The position numbers and the translations under genes are program-made. The notes below the pieces were generated by a model. The model was not told the DNA's origin. It ran no database searches and saw nothing but the letters and a program-made list of their open reading frames with translations. A stretch of DNA of 64,000 nucleotides from Biomphalaria pfeifferi. Its lineage: Eukaryota. The DNA lies in the NCBI GenBank assembly GCA_030265305.1, contig JASAOG010000245.1:169822-233821 (forward strand), read 5' to 3'. Positions 60,745-64,000 of this stretch are shown here, one piece after another. The number at the start of each line of letters is the position of its first letter. Position 1 is the stretch's first letter.

Positions 60745-61640
60745 TACATGTGACAAAAGTCAGATTATGTGCAGACGATTGCATAATATATAGAACAATA
60801 AAAACAATACAAGACACAGAAATTTTACAAAGAGAATTAGATGAATTACAGAAATGGGAATCAAATTGGAGCATGTCTTTCCACCCAGAAAAATGTCAGT
60901 TTTTAAGAGTAACAAAAAACTAAAACAAATTAATTCCCCTTATCTTATTCATGGTAAACCAGTAACACAGGCTAAAAACGCAAAATACCTAGGTGTTATA
61001 ATAAATGAAAAACTGTCATGGAATCCACATATTGATGAAACTATAAAAAAAAATCAAACAAAGCATTAGGATTTATTAAAAGAAATTTCTATAAATCAAA
61101 TAAGAACATAAAACTAAAATGTTATTTATCCTTGGTTAGGCCAATATAAAACATGTATTCTCCGTTTGGGACCCCCAAACTCAAGAAAACATTAGAGACT
61201 GGATCAGACACAAAATAGAGCAGTGAGATTCATAACAGACGAATATTCACATTTGACTAGAGTAACACCTTTAGTAAAATCATTAAATTTAGAAAGCCTT
61301 CTGGATAGAAGACTTAAAAGTAAAGTAGCAAATTATAAATTTATAAATAAAACACTGAACCATAATCTTCAAATACAAAATCAAATAAAAATACTCAGAA
61401 AGTTACAAAGATAAAGGCACATTCCTCGTCCCATATACTAGGACAAATTTGTACAAATGCTCCTTCTTCCCTAGCGCTATTGGAGCATGGAATGGGTTGC
61501 CTGAACTAGCCTTAAAAACCAGTGACTTTGCGGAGTTTAGGTCATTTGTTAATATGCATGACTAAATGCATGACGCGTAGGACGTAATCATCTTCTTTTT
61601 TGAAGGTCCGTATTATATAAGATAAGATACGATTAGGTAT
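60745..61640 (+). mobile_element. LINE-A 3' copy, about 0.9 kb, frameshifted
   Basis: Collinear with 21010-21860 (...FADDCIIYRTIKT...MGIKLEHVFPPRKM...) and ends in ATAAGATA simple repeats. ORFs 60854..61069 and 61223..61414 are remnants. Confidence 0.85.
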
Positions 61641-61711
61641 ATAATTGAAAATTACAATTAAGAAAAAAGCGATATATTACTTCTACATTTACATTTCCGT
61701 TTTGACAAATT

Positions 61712-61719
61712 GCGGGAAA
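61712..61719 (-). promoter_or_regulatory. Consensus E2F site (TTTCCCGC on the minus strand), about 320 bp upstream of the MCM5 ATG
   Basis: The plus strand reads attGCGGGAAAaaatccgcgc and matches TTTSSCGC. MCM genes are classical E2F targets. Confidence 0.4.
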
Positions 61720-62037
61720 AAATCCGCGCTCTTTATTGTCATCTAGATATAGACTTATATTATATATAGATCTATATACTATAGATCTATCATTAAATAG
61801 AAATCGAGATCTTGATCTATAGAATAGATCTAGATCAATAAAAAAAAAAACCTAACAGATTTCATCTTTTATTCGGATCTAGATCTACTTCTGGACATAG
61901 ATCTAATTACTAATACTTTCATTGCAGATTCATATTGAAATTGTCTAGGACTAGCTAGCCTAAGCTAGACTAGAAGTTCAAGTTAGAAGGAAAGAAGCGT
62001 AGACCACCGAGACAGTTCTCGAAACACATCGTCTAAA

Positions 62038-62195
62038 ATGGAACCAGGTTTTGATGATGTTGGAATATTTTACAGCGATACTTTTGGTCCTGATGAACCA
62101 AATGACGAGTCTCAAATTGATCGACAACACATTAAAAAGAGATTGAAGCAATTCATTCGGGAGTTTCACGAAAGAAATTTTTCGTATCGCTATCG
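62038..62195 (+). CDS. MCM5: MCM5 (DNA replication licensing factor) coding exon 1
   Basis: MEPGFDDVGIFYSDTFGPDEPNDESQIDRQHIKKRLKQFIREFHERNFSYRY(R) matches the MCM5 N-terminus MSGFDDPGIFYSD...FKEFLRQY...[13 protein letters not shown]. The donor is CG|gtatgtag at 62196. Confidence 0.85.
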
Positions 62196-62506
62196 GTATG
62201 TAGACTCTAGATCTACTATTATATGTTTGTTGATCATCACACGGACACACGCATACTTCTTAGTCCTTAGTCGTAGACTTTGAGTACTGTAGACACTCTA
62301 CTACCTAGATCTAGAACTATCGTATACAACATAACATAGTCTGACTAGTCTGAGATTGAACTACAATATAGAATCTACTATAATTATAGACAACTATACT
62401 GGAATACTGTAGATCTAGAATCTATCAGGTTATTATTAGATATCATCTAGATCTATTAGTAGTATTAGCCTTATTAGGTCAATTAGTGGTTAGTCAATTA
62501 GTCACC

Positions 62507-62775
62507 GGGGGCGCGGTGGCTGAGTGGTTAAGCGCTCGGTTTCTGAACCTGAGGTCATGGGTTAAAATCTCGGTGAAGGCTGGTATTTGGAATTTCAGGA
62601 TTTTTAGGGCGTCCCTGAGTCCACCCAACTCTAATGGGTACCTGAACTTAGTTGGGGAAAGTAAAGGCGGTTGGTCGTTGTGCTGGCCACATGACACCCG
62701 CTCGTTAACCGTTGGCCACAGAAACATGACCTTAACATCATCTGCCCTATAGATCGCAAGGTCTGAAAGGGTAAC
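62507..62775 (+). mobile_element. SINE family A inside MCM5 intron 1
   Basis: GGGGCGCGGTGGCTGAGTGGTTAAGCGCTCGGTTTCTGAACCTGAGGTCATGGGTTAAAATCTCGG... then the core and the ...GATCGCAAGGTCTGAAAGGGTAAC tail. ORFs 62486..62752 and 62494..62727 lie inside it. Confidence 0.85.
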
Positions 62776-63257
62776 TTTACTTTACTTTTTACAATTAGTC
62801 ACTAGATAAGATTCCAAATACTCAGAATGTTTGATGTGTTCCATTTAATTAGAAAAAAAATTTGGGAATTACTGGACTAGACTACTAGAGATACTAGATC
62901 TGCTTGAGATTTAGTATCATCTAGCTAGATTGCTAGGCTAGATCTATACTCTATACTATCCTATTGTTAATTAGTAGTATTTTTCCTATGTCCTCTATGA
63001 TTATGAATACCCAGAATAGCCTCCATGTCTATCAGTATAGTCTATACTATTCTATATATACTATAGTGAAGTGATTATATCTTGGGCATAGGCAGGGCCT
63101 AGGCCTAGGATTTTTTGTGTTGGGGATTTTTTTTCTTCCTGTATTATTACAATTTTTTAAATATAACAAAAATTTGAATGAGAAAAGTCTGTAGAAATCA
63201 AATGTGACACAGTGAATAGTAACTTCAACCATTTTTGCATTTTTTTTGTAATTTAAG

Positions 63258-63384
63258 AGATCAGCTGAAGAGAAACTACAATCTCAAGCAGTTTATGTTG
63301 GAGGTAGATCTGGATGATGTTGGCAGTTATGATGAAACGCTGGCAGAAAAGTTGCTTAAGCAGCCTTCCGAACATTTACCTTTG
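63258..63384 (+). CDS. MCM5: MCM5 coding exon 2
   Basis: The acceptor is ttttttttgtaatttaag|A. The translation is (R)DQLKRNYNLKQFMLEVDLDDVGSYDETLAEKLLKQPSEHLPL, which matches human [43 protein letters not shown]. The donor is TTG|gtaatt. Confidence 0.85.
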
Positions 63385-63562
63385 GTAATTTATTTTCCAT
63401 TTATTTAATTTATTATAAATATGTCAAAATGCTTTGCCAAGCTTACTTACACCTTGCTGCCAATCTTACCTTTTTTTTTTTCTCTTTCAATTTATTGGAA
63501 TTTTAAGTAATTTGCAGCAGTACGTAATCATGCTAATGCATTATTTTTTTTTATTTTTCAAG

Positions 63563-63691
63563 TTTGAAGAAGCAGCTAAAGAAGTTGCTGACGAAATCAC
63601 ACGTCCCCGCCCTGAGGGTGAAGAGGAAGTTGAAGATATACAAGTCATGTTGACATCTGCTTCTAATGCTTGTGGCATTAGAGATTTGAAG
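63563..63691 (+). CDS. MCM5: MCM5 coding exon 3; the gene continues beyond the window
   Basis: The acceptor is tttatttttcaag|. The translation is [43 protein letters not shown], which matches human [43 protein letters not shown]. The donor is AAG|gtatttt at 63692. Confidence 0.85.
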
Positions 63692-64000
63692 GTATTTTAG
63701 CATATAGCTTTAATTAATATATATATTAGGGTGGCCCTTACTTACAGGCAAAAAATAAAATTAAAAAAAAACTAAGCTCTGACCCTCTTATTATCTTACA
63801 TATGGTACAAAAACATTACACATAAAATTTCAGAAAGAAATTCTAACAATTAGTGGTAGCTCAAGCGATCTAAAGTTTACCTCACTGCCCACGTTTCTAA
63901 TACAGTCCATACAAAATGTTAGCAGATGCTTGAAATTAACAGATTTTTTTATTTCACTTCTAGTATGTAATACAAAGTAAATTGCAACGATAAAGTAGCT

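Overview
This window is AT-rich (about one third GC) metazoan, invertebrate-type nuclear DNA. It is eukaryotic, so it has no operons and no CRISPR. Most of it is repeat. There are two families of tRNA-derived SINEs and 3' fragments of at least four non-LTR retrotransposon (LINE) families. There are also several non-autonomous hAT-like DNA elements with 8-bp target-site duplications (TSDs), an ~80-bp MITE, and many micro-, mini- and satellite arrays with 11-bp, 22-bp, 23-bp, 29-bp, ~120-bp and ~185-bp units. Three host genes can be supported from the sequence. The first is an uninterrupted 871-aa major vault protein (MVP) ORF on the plus strand, 30694-33309, with no coding introns. The second is a neuroglobin-like globin gene on the minus strand. 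Its exon 1 is 14409-14650 and its exon 2 is 11870-12092, which is exactly 223 bp and is bounded by the canonical B12.2 and G7.0 globin intron positions. Exon 3 was not located. A tandem array of DR1-type AGGTCA half-site pairs lies directly upstream of the start codon. The third is the first three coding exons of MCM5 on the plus strand, 62038-63691. The gene runs off the window end, and a consensus E2F site lies about 320 bp upstream. Most tabulated ORFs are translation artefacts of low-complexity repeats or antisense frames inside MVP.
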